Assembly: GCA_012295275.1 (NCBI GenBank)
Contig: CM022670.1
Location: 27,032,001 to 27,096,000 of the forward strand
DNA from: Chrysomallon squamiferum
Taxonomy: Eukaryota > Animalia > Mollusca
DNA length: 64,000 nt
Reading direction: 5' to 3'
Part shown: positions 38,985 through 54,242 of the stretch, piece after piece
Layout: every line of letters starts with the position of its first letter
Numbering within the stretch: the stretch's first letter is position 1
The notes under the pieces: generated by a model
The model's input: only the letters and a program-made list of their open reading frames with translations
The model's database searches: none
What the model was told of the DNA's origin: nothing
Program-made: the position numbers and the translations under genes

Positions 38985-41900
38985 TTTTTTTTTTTTGCTC
39001 TGTGTTGAAAGATGATATTGAAAATCAATAACATCAAGAAGTGATTTGCAACACAAGAATAACTTAATTTATTAGTTCAAACTGACAAAGACATCATTAA
39101 AAACAGTGGTATACTTTTAATAGTTTATTTTATTAGTATTCTTTATGTCTCCTGAAAGACATGATATTAAAAATTGTGTATGCTGTTAGGATATTTGTTC
39201 TACTGGTATTTTTTTAACCTTTGTAAAGATGTAAAATTTAAAACACTCTGTTTTACTGCTATCGTTATAAATTTTTTTTTTTTTTTTAAATTACCCAGGA
39301 AGACTGCATGAATGGTGTTGCTGTAGACCATCCATCAATATACTATGAAGGAATCCACTGGTTGAAAGGTCCTCTGCTTGGAACTGGAGCCTATAGCACT
39401 TGTTACCAGGCCAGAGATGTGGCCACAGGAGTTCTCATGGCTGTTAAACAGGTGAGCTTGGTTTCAGTGATCTGTCGTGGGGTCAGGAGAATCCCCAGAA
39501 GTTATTACACATGAAACTGATTAGTATGGTTAACATTAAGAAATTGATATTATGATCCACTGCAATGTAATAAAACTGATATCATATTATTGTAAATTTC
39601 TTAGTTTATTATATTTATAGGTTAAAATTTTTAAAATGCTATATATTTTATGGAAAAAAAAAATTGATAAATAAATGGAATGAAAGAAAGTTATAATGAC
39701 AGGAATAATTATTAAAGTTGTACTCTTGTTACATATGAAAATTATCTTTTAATTTGCTTGCATTGTTTCAGTAATGTGTATACTAATCAAATAAAATAAA
39801 AATCATATTCTTATGATGATGTGATTTCTTTCACCTTCTGAACCCTTGCTTAATAAAATTAACTAACCAGTTCCTTGTCCAAATTTACCAGAAAAACCAA
39901 TATTCCATATTAATTGTATGAAAATTTTATATCAAACAAGCAAAAATATCACCAAGAGTGGTTTTATTTTCAAAATCATTGTATATACAAACAACACAAG
40001 AGACAAATGTCATGACATCATTGGTATATTCCTGCAGATTTCCTTTTGTCGTAACTCGCCAGCTGAGCAGGACAGTGTGATAGAGGCTATAAAAGAAGAA
40101 GTTCAAATGATGTCAAGACTAAATCACCCGAACATCGTCCGTATTTTTGGAGCAACGAAACAGGGCTGCCATTTTAATATGTTTGTTGAGTGGATGCCTG
40201 GTTAGTGACATCTAAATTCATAATGTTTTAGAAAAACATTTTTTTTTTTTTTTTTTTTTGGTCATTTGGCCAGAATCATACGAAGAAGGGGATATATATA
40301 CTCAGTGTGTTAATGTGTGAGTGTGGGTGTATGTGTGCATGTGTGCAAATCTGTTCCTTGTGAATGGGGTAACTGATGTAATTTGTCTGACATGACAGTT
40401 TTTACAGTCAGAGCTGCCTTTAAAAATATTCTGTATCATTTTTGTTCAGAATTATTTTATATCAACCTGATTTTGTTAAATGGTACACTTACATATATTT
40501 TAATGTCAGTTTTTGTGAACCAGATTATATTATATTAATTTGATTATATCATTAGTTAAATATAATCTTTAAGTTTAATACTGTAAACAAATGAGTTAGA
40601 AAACAAATCTGAGTTTTAAAAGGTCCTTCCTGGCTGATTCCATAAGCTGTGCTTTGTTTAGTTTATGCCTATTTATGGACCATGTTTTGTTGAATATAGA
40701 GTGAATAGATGGTTGTGTAAGACTATAGGCTACAGCCATGACTATTTGTAATTTAATGCAGTAAAGCATAAAAAATGCTGTTTGATTTTCACTAACAGAC
40801 CAAAGTTAGATATTAAAAAACTAATTTTTAAATGCATATCAAAACTAAATTTTATTAGGTGTAAAATTTAGACATTTATATTATTTAGTCAATTGTTTTT
40901 GTACTTGGTAACACTATAAAAGGTTATAAAATGTTTAAATTGATATTTTAATTATAAAACAATGAATATCTTACTAGTGTAACTGTTTTATTTTTAAGGT
41001 GGTTCTTTGACATATTTACTTGGTCGCTATGGAGCTTTCTCAGACTATGTTATCACCAACTACACAAGACAAATACTCAGGGGACTTGCTTATCTCCATG
41101 ACAACCATTTGTTACATAGAGATCTCAAAGGTAGGTATTGCAGAAGAATTTTAATTATTTATTTATTTATATATATTTTTTTTTAAATTTTTTATATTTT
41201 TAAATTAGCTGTGAATTAATGCTAGATATTAATTATTATTTATTTAGTTTTTATAAATAAGAAGTATTCCTTATTTATTTATGGTAAGTTTTGGAGATGT
41301 TTTTCACCTGTGAGCATAAACAAATCTTGGAAAATTGTTGTTTCAAGATGTATTGTGTGGAAAAATAAATTTAATTTATGTTTCATCAAAAAAAAAAACA
41401 GTCAAATTAATATTTTTTAAAATACATTTTGGAAGATTTAGTACTGTCAGTTAGGATTTTACTGTTGTGATATTTGTCTACAAGACCAGGACTGAACAAT
41501 TGAGACTGAATTATTTTTAACTTTTCTGCAAAATTGTCCACCAGAAATACCCAACAGAGTTATGGAAATTCAAATTTATACATCTGTATGAACCATGTAA
41601 TAACTATTAACTAACAAGTATTTATCATTTATTTATTTAAAATAAATACAGATGTTGCATTTTGTTTTATTTACCTTTTGTTTTTTTTTTTATGCACTTA
41701 TGGGCATTGCATTATTTATTTACCTAGGTTTGGGTTTTTTAACACCTGTGTTTTAATGTATTTACCTCTTTCTCTAGGTGCTAACCTTCTAGTGGACAGT
41801 TCAGGACAACGTTTACGAATTTGTGACTTTGGGGCTGCTGCGAGGTTAGCATCGCATGCCACAGGGGCTGGCGAGTTTCAGGGACAGCTGCTGGGTACCA

Positions 41901-43235
41901 TTGCTTTCATGGCTCCAGAGGTAAGCTTCAGATCAGTTGTAATATAGAAATACCTTAAGTTACCTTGTTGCTTGCACAGAAATTTATAACAGATTAAAAT
42001 GACCAACAAATGATCAAGATTATCAAGAAAGATATAAAACTGTAACAGTTTTATTAGGTTTTTAGAAAAGTGATCTGTTAATTATAGAAAATTAATTTAA
42101 TAAAAGTAACAATAGTATTTTATTTCAAAATATTTTTGACAATTTGTTTCTGTATTTGGTTTGTTTTTTGATATTAAGTTTTATCTAAGTGTATTTAGTA
42201 TGTTTATTGGTTGATTTTTGTGAGTAGTAAACATTTTAGCTAAAATTATACACTGTTGCAAATATATTATATTTTATTTTATTATTTTATTATTATTATT
42301 TTATTGTTGTTGAAATGAATTATCTAAGCTAGATATTGTGTTTTCACTGCAAATTTTGTAAACCGTATTTAAAAATTCTAGGTGTTAAGGGGAGAGAACT
42401 ACGGTCGTGCGTGTGATGTGTGGAGTGTAGGTTGCTGTATGATTGAGATGAAGACAACTAAACCACCTTGGAATGCTCAGTACCTCTCCAACCACCTGGC
42501 GCTTATTTTCAAGGTAGTCAATTTGTCACAAGTCTATTTACACATTTCTTTATAGTAGTTATTTATTATTTTGTAGTATTATTTGCTTTTTAAACTACTA
42601 TATTTTTATTTATTTATTTTCTTTTATTATTATTTTTGCTTGAAAGTTTTATAGATATAATAACTGAGAAATAAAGTTGGTTGTTATTGTTTGTCCCAAT
42701 TTTTGTTTGTTTTGTTTTGTTTTGTTCTGTCATATTTTGAGTCCAAATTAATAAACAAAATGAAACCCAAAAGTCGTCTAAAGTCTGTCAGTGATAGATA
42801 AATAATGAACTGTTCAAAAACTAGGCCATAACAGGAAACCACAAACCATAGGCCATTTTTTTTTTATAAAACCATGCAGTTCACCCTGTCTGGGACAGGT
42901 AAATTGCATAGTTGCCACACCAGGGAAGATAATGTCTGCTCTTTCACCAGCCAAAAATTACACTCCTGTTTGTAGCCAACTGTCAATGATTTAAATTTGT
43001 GTGCAGATAACATTTTTATCTCTCGCAATTTTCTAAAGCTTTGTCGTCTTAAAGTTATTCTCATTTTATCATTTTTCAGATTGCCTCGTCAGTGGAGCCT
43101 CCACCGATTCCAGACAACCTGTCTCCCGCCATTAAAGACCTGATGCTGCGATGTCTCGAGCATCAGTCCGAGTTTCGCCCGACAGCAAAAGAACTTCTTA
43201 TGCATCCCCTCTTTACTCAGTATCAAAACATATAG
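28248..43235 (+). CDS. MAP3K1: Mitogen-activated protein kinase kinase kinase 1 (MEKK1), 21 coding exons, ~1405 aa
   Basis: Exons 28248-28525, 29218-29347, 29564-29611, 29861-29995, 30361-30573, 31632-31748, 32123-32277, 32553-32674, 33236-33323, 33820-33961, 34174-34416, 35152-35273, 35673-35764, 36122-37402, 38502-38674, 39299-39451, 40038-40200, 40999-41130, 41778-41920, 42382-42513, 43080-43235; all GT-AG, phases consistent (4218 nt). Diagnostic motifs: [23 protein letters not shown]; SWIM CTC..CVH; [32 protein letters not shown]; TOG-like [14 protein letters not shown]; UIM-like [15 protein letters not shown]; kinase [38 protein letters not shown]. Confidence 0.97.
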
Positions 43236-43462
43236 CAGCCAGCCGTGCCTTCCACAGAGAGATCAGCAGATTTATTTTGAGAAACATTTACAACACAGGT
43301 TACTGTTGTGCTACATTCAAGTATTATCATCATCATCATCATCATCATCATTATTATAGTGCATGTAATATATTTAATAAGTATTTCTAATTTTTATACT
43401 AGATCATGTTAAATGAACAATAATATATTATATGTATTTCCTCACAAATGTTACATTGAATC

Positions 43463-43468
43463 AATAAA
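43463..43468 (+). other. Candidate proximal polyadenylation signal of MAP3K1
   Basis: AATAAA ~230 nt after the stop codon; more distal candidates exist (e.g. 51185-51190). Confidence 0.35.
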
Positions 43469-43547
43469 GAGTTCTTGATTCAGATCTTGTGGACAGCTTT
43501 ATGAAGAAAGCAATGCAGTTTAATTTTTGTACTGAGCTATGTTTATT

Positions 43548-43591
<44 letters not shown>

Positions 43592-45177
43592 AATTCTTAT
43601 AATTGGATGCATATCAGTACTAATCTGAGAAGTAATTTTCTGTAATTTTATTTTACTTTTTTTTTGCAATGGTATGTAAGTTTTATTTTACCATACTAAT
43701 TTGCATTCTTTAGCATAATTTCCATAGGCTTTAAAATCATTATCTAGACAATCAAATGTTCATGTTCTGAAAAACAACTTGACAAGTGCTCTTTATTGTA
43801 AAATGAATATTTGTGAGAAAATATTTTTTTCCTAATATCTTGATTTGCAATGCCATTTTCCCATAATTCAGGTGTGATTTCTGTGATATTTTGTTTTGAA
43901 TTATTTATAAATATGTATATAGTTTTATTTATCTCAAACAGAGAATTATTTTATTTATTAGATTATTATTTGCTTTGATGTTGTCAATAAATAATTCATA
44001 TGTGCCATTTCTTTTCTGTTTAAAGATTTCTTCTTTTTTCTTCTTCTTTTTTTTTCTATTATTTTATATAGGAATTTTTCCAGTATATATGAAAAAAAAA
44101 AAAAGGCAACAATACTGCTTTTTGAAATTTCTGAAAGATTTATAATATGCAAGGGAATTTTTTTTTTTTTCAGATTAGACATAATATATTATGATTTTAT
44201 AAAATGATAATTTCTGAGAATAATGCATCATAAATTACTTTTAGAGTAAAGAATGTTCGCATGATCTGTCTTACAGTTTCACAACTACATTTAATGAGAA
44301 CATATCAAAAACATAATGCTTTGACCTATTTAGTGTACATATCAAATTTCTTTAATGTAATTTGTTATTATTATTCTTTAAAAATACAAAAAAAAACTTA
44401 CAGTAACAAAGAAGCTTGCAAAATCTACAAATGCTGGATTTTAATATTTATAAATAAAATTGTTTTGTTTGTTACTTGACTGATGAATTTATCATAGTCT
44501 TCATCTTAGTGCTTGTCATTTTCACCCATATTCTAAAAGGTTTCCTGCTTGTATTTTATAAGTTTGTTCTGTTCCTTGAACTTACGTTGTTTAACACATT
44601 TGAGATATTTTTTTATGAATGGTTATTTGATACAGTTTTATTTAAAAAAAACTAAAAGTTAATATGTTTTTTGACACTAAAATTTATTCTTTAATGGAAA
44701 AAATACTGAGAACATTTTATTTGCATTTTAGTACCTAACCTTTAAAAAAAATAGAGCTTAAGAATCCTTACAATTACTGTGTTCATTCATATTTTCTTTT
44801 TTATTAAGTTGTTATTATTTTATTTGTTAAATCAAAACTATATTTTAAGGTTTGATTATTTTTATACTTTTTTATTGATTTATTAGTTATTTATTATTAT
44901 TATTTTTTACCTCAGTCAAGTTTGGTGTGTGTGCAATTATATATATATCATTATATGTGATATCCTTCTGATTAACTATTCCATACTGAGAGAAAATAAT
45001 AAACAGGATTTATGCTTTGTATTTAATTTGCTATTGTTTAAGTTAATGTAGATGCAGGTAGATAGAAGAATGAGGGAAAATGGTATTGTTGTCAAGATTT
45101 ATTGAAACGTTCATAGAATTTATACTCAGGTTTGTATTTATGAGTGGTGAAAGATAAAATGTTAGTGTGTTTGCAAA

Positions 45178-45420
45178 TTTTTTTTTTTTCAAATTCAACA
45201 TATCTGTTTTTGTCTGGCAGTGAAATTTAATTACTGAAGTTGAATGTTAAGTATGTTTGTATGTATTTTTACATATCTGTGAATTTTCCATAAAATGTTT
45301 TTTTTTTTTTTTTTTTTTCAAATTCAACATATCTGCTTTTCTCTGGCACTGAAATTTTATTACTGAAGTTAAATGTTAAGTATGTTTGTATGTATTTTTA
45401 CATATCTGTGAATTTTCCAT
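45178..45420. repeat. Tandem duplication of ~100-bp unit, each copy preceded by poly-T
   Basis: caaattcaacatatctg...gaattttccat at ~45190-45291 and ~45318-45420, near-identical. Confidence 0.92.
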
Positions 45421-47746
45421 CGCACAGTGTATGTTAAATGTAACTTTATTTGAACTATGCATCTAATACACCCAGGTGACAAATGCATGCAGACACAGCA
45501 AAACAACTTAAACACAGTGATTTTTAAAACATTATAGGATGATACAGATTAAATTACTGTTCATGAAACTAAATATGCTGACACTTTTTAATTTGTTTAA
45601 TATTCGAAATTGTTATGGTTTAATTTGACTGAAAAAGCTAGCTCTGTGTATTGTAAGTACTTAAATTGATACAAAGTCTGAATTACATAAGTCCAAGATA
45701 AAAGAAAAGTCAACTTCAATGTGTGCAGTTTGGTAAAGACTGCCCAAATTAAATATCTAAGTATATCCAGGCAATTGTTTTTGATGGTTTTCCTCTTTTT
45801 TTTTTTTTTTTTTTTTTTTTCTTATTATTTTCTTTAAAAAAAAAAAAAAAAAAAAAAAAAGGTAAAATGTCTTTGATCTGGAGAGAAAGATAAATGATAT
45901 GTCTCAGTATTAACCTAGATGTAAATGTCTGTGTTAACTGTTAATTCATACAGTTTATACAAATACATGTTCATGTTCACTGCCAGTTTTCTTTTTTTCC
46001 TTTTTTCTTTTATTATTATTTTTAATTTTATATTACTTTTAAAAGCTAGCTTTTGAATAATCTTGAATGAACAAACAAAATTGTTAAAATATTTGCATTT
46101 TAACATTTTTGTATATTAGTCAGGCTTGAATACATAGTAATATTTGTTTATTTTTTAATTTTTTATTTCTTTTGTTTGTTTTGAGTTTTAATGTATTAAT
46201 TTCATTCTTAATGTTTAACATAATCAAATAATAGATTCTACAAATTCCCCACCAAAACTTAATGTTAGTGAATTTAAATTTCAGATTTTTTTTTAACAAA
46301 AGACATATTGCATGAGGATATGCAGTCTTTTTTTTTCAGAAAAATTTCATGGAAACCATTGTTATTTCAACATTCATATAGTTCTAAAAAAGATCATTTC
46401 TTCTTTATTTTATTTTTTTATTTCTTTATTTTTTTGTTATTCATAAGTAGTTATTTTGCTGTATAGAGTCACTTCATTCAGTAACTATATGTAATATCAT
46501 TTAACTAATAGTGTGAAATAATAAATCAGAATGAAACTTCTGCAAACCACTGCAGGCTCAGTGGTTTGTGACAGTGGTTTGTGACAGGATTTTGTTTAGG
46601 GGGTGGGGTTGTCAGGGTTGTTTTTTTTTGTAACTCTTTAAATTGTTTATTTGCATATCTGTCTCTTTACTCAGTTTATTATGTTGAACATTATCTTGTA
46701 ACTATTATTGAACAGAATTCAGTGAAAATATTTCTTACTACTTCTTCTTACAATTAATACAACTACCACTACTATTACTATTACCATAGTTAAAATTATC
46801 AGACAGATCTGAGAGTTTGAAAACTAAAAAATATGAAGAAGTAAATCTGGATATTTTCAAATAAGATATTCAGAATGGTTATTTGCATAATAAAATATAA
46901 TTTTTTTCTAATATAAAATATATATTTCTTTATATACAAAATGTTCTTTTCTTATGTCTTGGAAATATATATTGTATCATGTTAGTGCTTTTTGCTTTCT
47001 TTCTGTCTTTTTTCTTTCTTTTTTACCCCAGTTTTAAATCTGTTTTATATAAAGTAATATAAAAATAATCTTAATCATATAAAGTTGGGTTTTTTTACTT
47101 AACACACAGCTGCCATTTAATGAAGAATTATTGTTGTTTTTAAATTTGGGTGTTTTCTCTGTTACTTGAAGATTTAAAAAATAATTGTTTGAGTGAAAAA
47201 TGTGCTAAGTAGGAGGTTTACAAGTTGATAGACATAGGTAAGTAGGTAGGTAGGTTGATGAATAAGATGGTAGCAGATGTTTGATGCTGATATATGACAT
47301 AACAAATTTATTGACTGTACTAAATATCATATCAGTGTTAAACTATTTTCTGTTTTTAAAAAATCAAATCACACTGGCTCTTTTGTGTTTCATTTTTATG
47401 AATCTGAGTCAGTGAAACATTTCAATCATTCTATATTTGCTGATATACAGTAACTTACAGTTCTATTTTTTGTGTGTATGCCATTTGACAAGGTGAGAAT
47501 GTGTTTCACCTCTAAAGTCTCTAAATATAAAACAATGTATTTCCATTTCAAAAACTTTATTTTTTAATGCTTTTCTTAACTTGAAGCCTTGATGTTACAG
47601 TTTTTCATGAACAGTGGTTGTTTAGACTAGGCCGGATTCTGTGCCTTAACAGATTAACTTTAAACAGTTGTAAATAGCTCAGGGCTGGACAGCAGGTGCA
47701 ATACGTATTAGTCAAATCTTGTCTCGTGCCAAAATTCACAATCTAC

Positions 47747-48265
47747 GTCTTCCAGTTTTCTCACGTTTACAAAACATCGAGTCAGTCTGTATTATTGAAG
47801 AGTAAATTATTTTTAATAATATTGTTAAATTATTTGCCACTATTAGTTTTGTCACATCTACAATATCAAACAGATTTATATTCTTAAACAGTAAATTATT
47901 TTTAATAATGTTGTTAAATTATTTGCCACTATTAGTTTTGTCACATCTACAATATCAAACAGATTTATATTCTTAAACAGTAAATTATTTTTAATAATGT
48001 TGTTAAATTATTTGCCACTATTAGTTTTGTCACATTACAATATCAAACAGATTTATATTCTTAAACAGTAAATTATTTTTAATAATGTTGTTAAATTATT
48101 TGCCACTATTAGTTTTGTCACATCTACAATATCAAACAGATCTGTATTCTTAAACAGGAAATTATTTTTGATAATGTTGTTAAATTATCTGTGTCTTCCA
48201 GTCTTCTCACATTTACAAAACAAATGTACCGTCAGATAATCAATTATTTTTAATAATGTTGCTTG
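47747..48265. repeat. 89-bp minisatellite, ~4.5 near-identical copies plus diverged flanking units
   Basis: Unit starts at 47801, 47890, 47979, 48067, 48156; flanked on both sides by gtcttccagt.ttctcac.tttacaaaaca. Confidence 0.95.
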
Positions 48266-48990
48266 TTACATCTGATGTTCTAATTCTGATGCAGTGATGT
48301 ATGTGAAGTAATGCTGATATATATTTTACTTTTTGTGTGGAGAAAAAAAAAATGAATTGGACTTGTTATAATTAATGTTGGTATATATCATATGTTTCAA
48401 AAAATAGAGTGGAAAAAAATATTGTTAATTTTAATTTTATTCAAGTACATTTTACATATTTATTCTTAACATATACATATTGTAATGCTATAGTTTTATC
48501 ATAATTTTTATATATGCATGTAATTTGCAGAAAAACATTGTAAATTGTAAATCTTGATAGATTTATAACTGTTGACAGATAAGTAATCTGGGAAAACATT
48601 TAACTGTTAGTAAGTAAATTTGATATATTTATACTTAATGAAATGAAAAACTATTGTAAATTGTAATTGTTGTGCAGATTATTTTAACATACATTTTGAG
48701 AAATATTTCATAATTTATCATGAATTAAATTTTAAAGATTTTTTTTTTTTTCACTAAGTGCACAGGTGCCTTTTGAAATGCCTTGGGCTCACGAATTCAA
48801 ACAGGGTTATTAAAGAATTTGAAAAAAAATTAATTTGTATATAATATATTGTGATTGAGTGATATTCAGCTTTATCAATTTTTAATACATGTATTTTTTT
48901 AAAATAGTTTTAAATATATGTGCATTTTGAATTAATAGTCATTTAAATGGAATGTTTAAAACTTTTTTTTTTTATAATCAGCTGTCTGTC

Positions 48991-49021
<31 letters not shown>

Positions 49022-51083
49022 TTATTAAAAAAATGAATAAACCTTTTATAACTTGTCATTGCGAAAAGTATTGAGAAAGAAACCACACAGAAGTAGTTCA
49101 TACATACATATATAGACAGACAGACAGATAAACAGGTTAAAAAATTATTAGAAAATAATAATGAAACTATTTCTGTAAAGATAAAAGTTTTGGACATCAC
49201 TCTGTGTACATTAATCCAAGTGATAAAGTGAAATGTTTCAGTTATAAAATACATCTAATTTCTCATTAAACCTGAGGAATTTTAAGTAATATTAAATTCT
49301 TTTATGGGGTTGTGTTAAATATAAAAGTAAATAAATGACTGAAAAATGTATATGCAGAGCAAAATGTCCATCAGTTCAATTGCATAGATAATGGGTTTAT
49401 TTTATTTTTTTTTATTTTTTTTTTTAATCAGTGATTTACATAGATCAAAACTGTGTCTTGCTTTGAATTTCTATTCCAGAGAAGAAGCATTAGGCAGCTA
49501 ATAGCATTATTTTACACCTGTAAGATGTATTGATTTTAAAATAGTTACTGTAAATTTTCATAATTAACTTACATTTCTTTACATTGCTGATGTATTCCTC
49601 AACTTGTTTCTTTTGGTATACTTGTAGCATGGGACTTGACTGTTTCCTACTTAAAGCTTTTCAAACTGTGGATGCCTAGGTTTAAAAGCCAGTTTGATGA
49701 AAATGGGCAGACTGTCCCATCCAGATAAAAATTAAATTATACTACATGAAATGAACTAGGTTTTACTAAACAGTATAAGTTATAGTATACTAAATAAAAC
49801 AAATTAAAGGATTTTTCTGCCCTATTTGTATTATACATTGTGTTTTTCTTTGTTTTGTTAGGGGGGTCTTTCTTTTCTGTTTTTTAATTTAAAAAAAAAA
49901 AGAAGTTATTATCAATCAGAAATTGTTTCATATTTTAATCATTTCACATGTATGAGTTTTGTAGATACAGACAAGTCGGAGTATTTGAGTGTTGTTTGTT
50001 AGCAAGTAGTAGTTGACTTGAAAGTGTTTGCAAAAGTATTTGTAAATTGAAAGAGGGACCAGAGTCCTTAATTTCTTTTTTGACCTCTGTTTTTCTTTTT
50101 TATCAAACTTCTGAACAGTATAGATATAGCTAGATGTATAGCAGTATCTTACTGTGACATAAACTATTTACATTTACTTTATCTAAATTGAAAACTTACA
50201 TTATACCACATACCATTAGGAAAAATCTTTCATTTACGTTTATTATTTTTTTAAACAAAAAAAAAATAGTTATAAATATATAAATTATTGTAACAGCACT
50301 GACATGTTAAATTTATTTCAACATCCATTATTACTGCCTCTGTCTTATCAGAATGATCCTTTTAATTATTTATTTTTAAAATTATTTTGGGCATTGTCAG
50401 TGGCAGCCCTTGCAAAAATAAAATTATTACTTTTTGGTATGATTTGTTCTCGTTTGTGATCACATACAGGTACATTTGTTTCACAATTTTTTATTTATAT
50501 ATATATATATATATATCTATTGTTTTTTCATATATATCCTAACATACTTTTCTTGTTAGATGAGTTCTTGTATGAAATGAGATGTTTTTTTGTTGTTTTT
50601 TAACACAGTTTTTATGTAATCTACACAATATTGTTTATAGAAATAACATCAGAAATTTTAGTTTTTTTGCCTTTTGGCTATATAATGTCTGATGTGAATT
50701 AAGTAACATTTTGATTTTTTATTGTTATTTTTTTTTTAATTTTATTATTTTTGTTTTTATTTCTTTTACATTTTCATCAAAAACTTACATTTTTAAAAAA
50801 CAAACTTGGTCAACATGATTTTTTTATTAGTGACATAATAACCATTTCTGTATTGTAATGCTTCATTGTGAATGTTTTTTTGTTGCACGCATACATTTTG
50901 TATCTGAGAGTGCCTAGTGTTTGGAGTGTCTTTTGAGTTGTAGAGTGTGTATGGTTGTGATTAACATTTTCATGTTTGGTTCCATTTTTTTTTTTTTTTT
51001 TTAATTAGTGCACATAAATATTTTAGGTGCTAATCTGTTTTTAAGATGCCAAAAGTTTGTATTGTTATTATTTTTTTTTATTA

Positions 51084-51118
<35 letters not shown>

Positions 51119-52192
51119 TTTTTGATTAATAAAGTGAATACATTGCACAGGCTTTTGTTTTTCGTGTTTCTCTTCACAGCCGAGAATAAATGCATGCTGT
51201 ATTTTCAGTTTTTGAATAGAATTCCTCAACTGTTAATTACACTGTTAATGGGAATAAGACTTGACACTGAAACATGCCCAGGTTTTTAAAACATATGACC
51301 TTGAAATTATACTCAGACCAAACTGTAAAATAAATAGATGCTAAAATTCGTATTCAAGTAAAAAGGATGGTATCTAATGATTTTTTTTTATATATAAAAT
51401 CTGTTTTATGTAAAAGATACACAGGCACTCTATTGAACTGATGAAAAGATATCCAGTTCTGTCATAATTAAAATAACTGGCACAGCAAAACACATTTGTG
51501 ACTGCTATACCCAGCATTAAAGATGAGCATTTAATGCAGTGTTGGCCATTTTTTTTTGGGGGGGTTATTGTTGGTATTATATCTGTGCATACATATACCA
51601 CTGAAATTCAAGTGTAATATTGCTTGTTAATTTAATGTTTTACTGTGGTATATAGTTGGGATTTTTTGCATCTCTTAGCATCCATATGTGACTGAAATGA
51701 TTGGTGAATTTTGACAATTACAGTTTTTCAATTCAGGATATTACTGTTGTATATGGTACAAGAGTCTGTTACACTGAAATTCTGCTTGTTCGTTTTTCTT
51801 CCCAAAACTACAAGCTTTGACCAAAGTTATATTGTTTGGGAATTTAATGTTAAGCAGCTTTGCAAGCACAATTAAATATCATTCCATGGTGTAATTCAAA
51901 ACTGCCTATAGACTCCAAAGAACTCACATGTGTTTTAGTATTTATCAATTTTATTTTAAATAAGAGAAAACACTTGTTATATGTGATAATTTATCATTTT
52001 TGTCTTAAATCATTATTGTTTAGGGGTTTATGATAAATTTTTCCACTATCAATATTAATGTTACCTAAACAATGACATCTATGTTCACATGCAATGTTAC
52101 CAAACAAGAAGTTTAACATTATAAAAAAAAAAATATTAAAAAAAAAAAAAAATGAAAAGCACACAAGAAGACAACTTTTGAGTTAATAATTT

Positions 52193-52198
52193 TTTATT
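52193..52198 (-). other. Candidate polyadenylation signal of the peroxiredoxin gene
   Basis: AATAAA on the minus strand followed by a GU/U-rich element (ttgtcttcttgtgtgcttttc), near the point where strand A/T skew flips. Confidence 0.45.
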
Positions 52199-53425
52199 TC
52201 AAACATCATAAAACACTAAATACTATGATTATCTGGCAGAAATGCAGAAAAATGCTACAAAAATGATAAGATTCTTTATCCTTATAATTATTAAAAATGC
52301 AAGGAACAGATATTAAAAAAAAAATAAAAAATAAAAAAAATCAGTTATGATATAACATGTCATCCATGCTGTATTTATTTTGACATCAAATTTATGTGTA
52401 CATTTAACAAAACCTTTAAAAAAAGAGAAAAAACAACACAAGTACTGTTTTTGTACCCTTTTGTTATGAATAATACAGAGAAATGAACAATGTAGGTTAC
52501 AGGAAAGGATGTAGTCAGAACAAATGAAACTGGTCCAAAAAGAAAAAACTAAATAAAAAGTGCACCAAATTAGTTTTTGACACCAAAGACATTTGTTTAT
52601 AAAAAATAAAAGTTGTTCCCTTACTTTCTGATTTTATTTCCATTCTATTAAATGTTAAAAAAAATCTTATAATAAAAACTTGAAACAAAACACAATAAAT
52701 AATTCTGATTCAAGTAAATCAACAAGTGAATTAGTAGTAGTTTTTGTTAAAAAGATATTTGTATGTGGAGAATGAGTAAAATAAATGTAAATGATTATTC
52801 GTGCATGGACTAGAAACCAAAATATACCCATAAACTACAATAAGCAATACTGACAGTTAATAAAATGCAAACTAAAGTGGCCAGCCCTGAGAAGAACAGA
52901 AGTAATAATTCAAAGGCTCAAAAATAAAGTGATTCCCTACTCAAGTGCTATGATGGTATTAGGGTGTTTTTTGATTTTTTAAATTAATATATTTTGTTTC
53001 TTTTATAAGTTATATATATTTATTAGTTTTAAAAAAGGTATCAAAAATTAATATATCCATCATTTTTTTTTTCAAATTCTAAAACTTATTTATCAGAATT
53101 AAAACAAAATTTCCATTATCATTTGATTTTTTGTCACATTTTCACACACAATCCAATCATGGCACTTTGATCAGGTAAAAACCAATAATTGTTAATACAG
53201 AGTAGGATAAAATATTAAAATAAACTACAAAAAAAAAAAAACCAAAAAATAAATACTAGCTAAGAACTACATGCAGAAACCTAGAGTTTTGTGGTAGTTT
53301 TCCAGCAAACTACAATGTCTCTTTAACTGCACCATGCGTAGGTCACAATGTCAAGAGATTTTTCTTTTTTTTTCTTTTGTAAGTCAGGCTGTCGCTACCA
53401 GACCACAGCTGAACAGATGAGAATT

Positions 53426-53618
53426 TTAGTGCACTTTGCTGAAATAGGTCTTGCTGCCTTTTGGGTCTGGCTTCATGGTGTCCGCTCCAGGCTTCCAGCC
53501 TGCAGGGCACACTGAAAATACAGCGGGGGATAAAAATGAAACAAACATTTTTACTCTGTGCATTTAATTATGAAGGTTTGAATGTTTGATGATTGAAAGG
53601 AAAAGCAATGTAAATAAA

Positions 53619-53661
<43 letters not shown>

Positions 53662-54177
53662 AGAAAAAAAAAAAAAAAACAGAAAAAAATGAAAAACTTA
53701 AATGAATGGAACAATTGTTAATTTGATAAAGTAAACCTGCTGTCATAATTAGATCAGCAGAAACATAACTTCTATATACGTGTGTCGAGTTTGATGATTG
53801 AAAGGAGAAGTGAAGTAAATAAATATAAAAAAAATAAATATAGACAGAAAACTAGAAAAACTGAATAAAATAGAGAAAAAAAAAAAAAATGAGAAAAAAA
53901 GAAAAATACAGAAAAAAAGAAAAACTTAAATGAATGGAACAATTGTTAATTTGATAAAGAAAACCGGCTGTCATAATCAGATCAGCAGAAACATAACTTC
54001 TATATACATGTGTCGAGTAAACAGCAGATGTAGAATCAATGATGAAAAGGAAAACGATCCAATGGATCCTTTAAGAAGGGTTCATCAAACACCCTGTTGA
54101 TCCTGAGGTAAGCTCTTTGTCCTAGAACTAATTTGTTTTATTTATCATCACCATAATTCCATTTTGTTGTGACTAAA

Positions 54178-54242
<65 letters not shown>

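Noticed and set aside
39813-39841. C-box (ATGATGA) and D-box (CTGA) pair in a MAP3K1 intron
   Set aside because: Only ~29 nt from end to end with no terminal stem; too short for a C/D snoRNA.
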